In this document: positions 22,881-24,000 of the stretch, piece after piece
Layout: every line of letters begins with the position of its first letter
Position numbering within the stretch: position 1 is the stretch's first letter
DNA from: Collibacillus ludicampi
Lineage (GTDB): Bacteria > Bacillota > Bacilli > Tumebacillales > BOQE01
NCBI RefSeq assembly: GCF_023705585.1
Contig: NZ_BOQE01000001.1
Location: 857,341 to 881,340, forward strand
Length of the DNA: 24,000 bases
Reading direction: 5' to 3'
Made by a program: the position numbers and the translations under genes
Notes under the pieces: generated by a model
Seen by the model: only the letters and a program-made list of their open reading frames with translations
What the model was told of the DNA's origin: nothing
Databases searched by the model: none

Positions 22881-24000
22881 TCAGTGTACTTGCTGCTCCA
22901 AGAAGGCATCATAATGAATACGTACCGCTTCATCTTCTGTTTCCAAACGGCCATTTTCCAGTCGGCAGATGATGGCTCCGTCGCCTTGTTCATTCTCCGG
23001 CAAGTCAAGAATCCGTTGGGTTGTTACCGTATAGCCTTGTCTGCGCAGATAGGCGGCGAAACCTAACGAGATATGGCGATCCCGAGGGAGATAGTATAAA
23101 AGATGCCTTGCTGCTCCCTTTTGATTTCCTTTTCTTTCTAATACTTCCAATACGCGTTCGATCCCGATCATAAACCCTGTCGCCGGGAGAGAACGACCGA
23201 ATTTTTCCAACAAGTCATCATATCTCCCTCCCCCACAGAGAGGAAAGCCAATTTGCGGTGCGTAACCTTCGAAGATCGCACCTGTATAATAGTTGAGACC
23301 AAGAACCAGGCCAAGGTCGATCTGTACCCACTGTTCGACACCGTAGAGCACAAGGATCTCCCATATTTCTTCCAGATTACCGAGAGCTTGAAGCGCCGTC
23401 TCATGCGTGGTGAGCGCGCGGGCCCGTTGCAGGACATCCAATCCCCCGCGCAACTGCGGGATGTGAAGAAGGACTTCGCGTGCGCGCGTATCGTCCACTT
23501 GTGCCACTAGATGCTCAAAACCTACATAGTTTTTGTCCGCGAGCACGAAACGCATGCGGTCGGCAAGTTCGTGATCCGCGACGTGTTCCGCGAGGATACC
23601 ATTCACGAAGCCGACTTGCCCCAAGGCCAACCGAAAGTCTTGCACACCGAGCGAGCGGAGCGTTGTGACTGCCAGTGCAATCATTTCCGCATCCGCGTCG
23701 GGTGAACCGTCTCCGATCAACTCGACGCCCGCTTGCGTAAACTCAGCATCCCGACCTGCAACAAATTCTTGTTGACGGAAAATATTAGCATTATATGACA
23801 AGCGTAAAGGCAAAGGTTCATCGCGCAATAGGGAGGCAACTACCCGAGCGATCGGGGTCGTCATGTCCGGCCGCAAGACAACCGTCTTGCCAGAGCGCTC
23901 AATAAACTTAAACACACGGTCCTCTTCCCCGCGCAAACCGTTTTGAAAGGTTTCCATATATTCAAACGTAGGAGTGATCACTTCTTGATATCCCCAGCTC
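22881..24000 (-). CDS. hisZ: ATP phosphoribosyltransferase regulatory subunit (HisRS paralogue), 5'-truncated by the window edge
   Basis: The frame stays open to position 24000 (..SWGYQEVITPTFEYMETF..), so the ORF-track start at 23981 is an internal GTG. Class-II aaRS-like motif LRPDMTTPIARV. Confidence 0.88.
   Translation of the reverse strand, partial: SWGYQEVITPTFEYMETFQNGLRGEEDRVFKFIERSGKTVVLRPDMTTPIARVVASLLRDEPLPLRLSYNANIFRQQEFVAGRDAEFTQAGVELIGDGSPDADAEMIALAVTTLRSLGVQDFRLALGQVGFVNGILAEHVADHELADRMRFVLADKNYVGFEHLVAQVDDTRAREVLLHIPQLRGGLDVLQRARALTTHETALQALGNLEEIWEILVLYGVEQWVQIDLGLVLGLNYYTGAIFEGYAPQIGFPLCGGGRYDDLLEKFGRSLPATGFMIGIERVLEVLERKGNQKGAARHLLYYLPRDRHISLGFAAYLRRQGYTVTTQRILDLPENEQGDGAIICRLENGRLETEDEAVRIHYDAFLEQQVH

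Noticed and set aside
17127-24000. Absence of hisC from the his operon as an anomaly
   Set aside because: In Bacillus-type genomes hisC is normally encoded elsewhere, with aromatic amino-acid genes. The order hisZGDBHAF(IE) seen here is the standard arrangement.

Overview
This looks like a chromosomal segment from an endospore-forming Firmicute with Bacillales-like gene content. Core genes sample at roughly 50-57 % GC by eye.

Left part (1-7.5 kb):
- two tandem micro-protein genes
- a CitA/DcuS-type two-component system
- a convergent NitT/TauT-type ABC importer (ATPase, permease, lipoprotein binding protein)
- a beta-hydroxyacid dehydrogenase

Centre (7.7-14.4 kb), an accessory-looking mosaic with visibly AT-rich islets:
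- a His/Pro/Tyr-rich 70-aa protein
- a frameshifted GNAT acetyltransferase and a PhzF-family isomerase
- an AT-rich islet with two translationally coupled micro-ORFs
- a frameshifted BASS (YocS-like) symporter
- an SPFH/prohibitin protein
- a YjdF-family gene with an SD-sequestering leader
- an SRPBCC protein and a secreted PepSY protein

Right part (14.5-24 kb), all on the minus strand:
- an operon encoding an FMN glutamate-synthase-like protein and a 3-hydroxyacyl-CoA-dehydrogenase-family protein
- the histidine operon hisZ-G-D-B-H-A-F-IE (hisZ runs off the window)

No rRNA, tRNA, CRISPR array or transposase was seen.

The most unusual signal is an unannotated family of highly structured palindromic (MITE/REP-like) elements.
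- It is present as one minimal copy (about 144 bp), two collinear long forms (about 240 bp), one half copy and one solo end.
- The two long forms sit inside operons, between kinase and regulator and between hisZ and hisG.
- Both have the same polarity relative to transcription.

All homology calls rest on motifs recognised by eye. No database search was possible.
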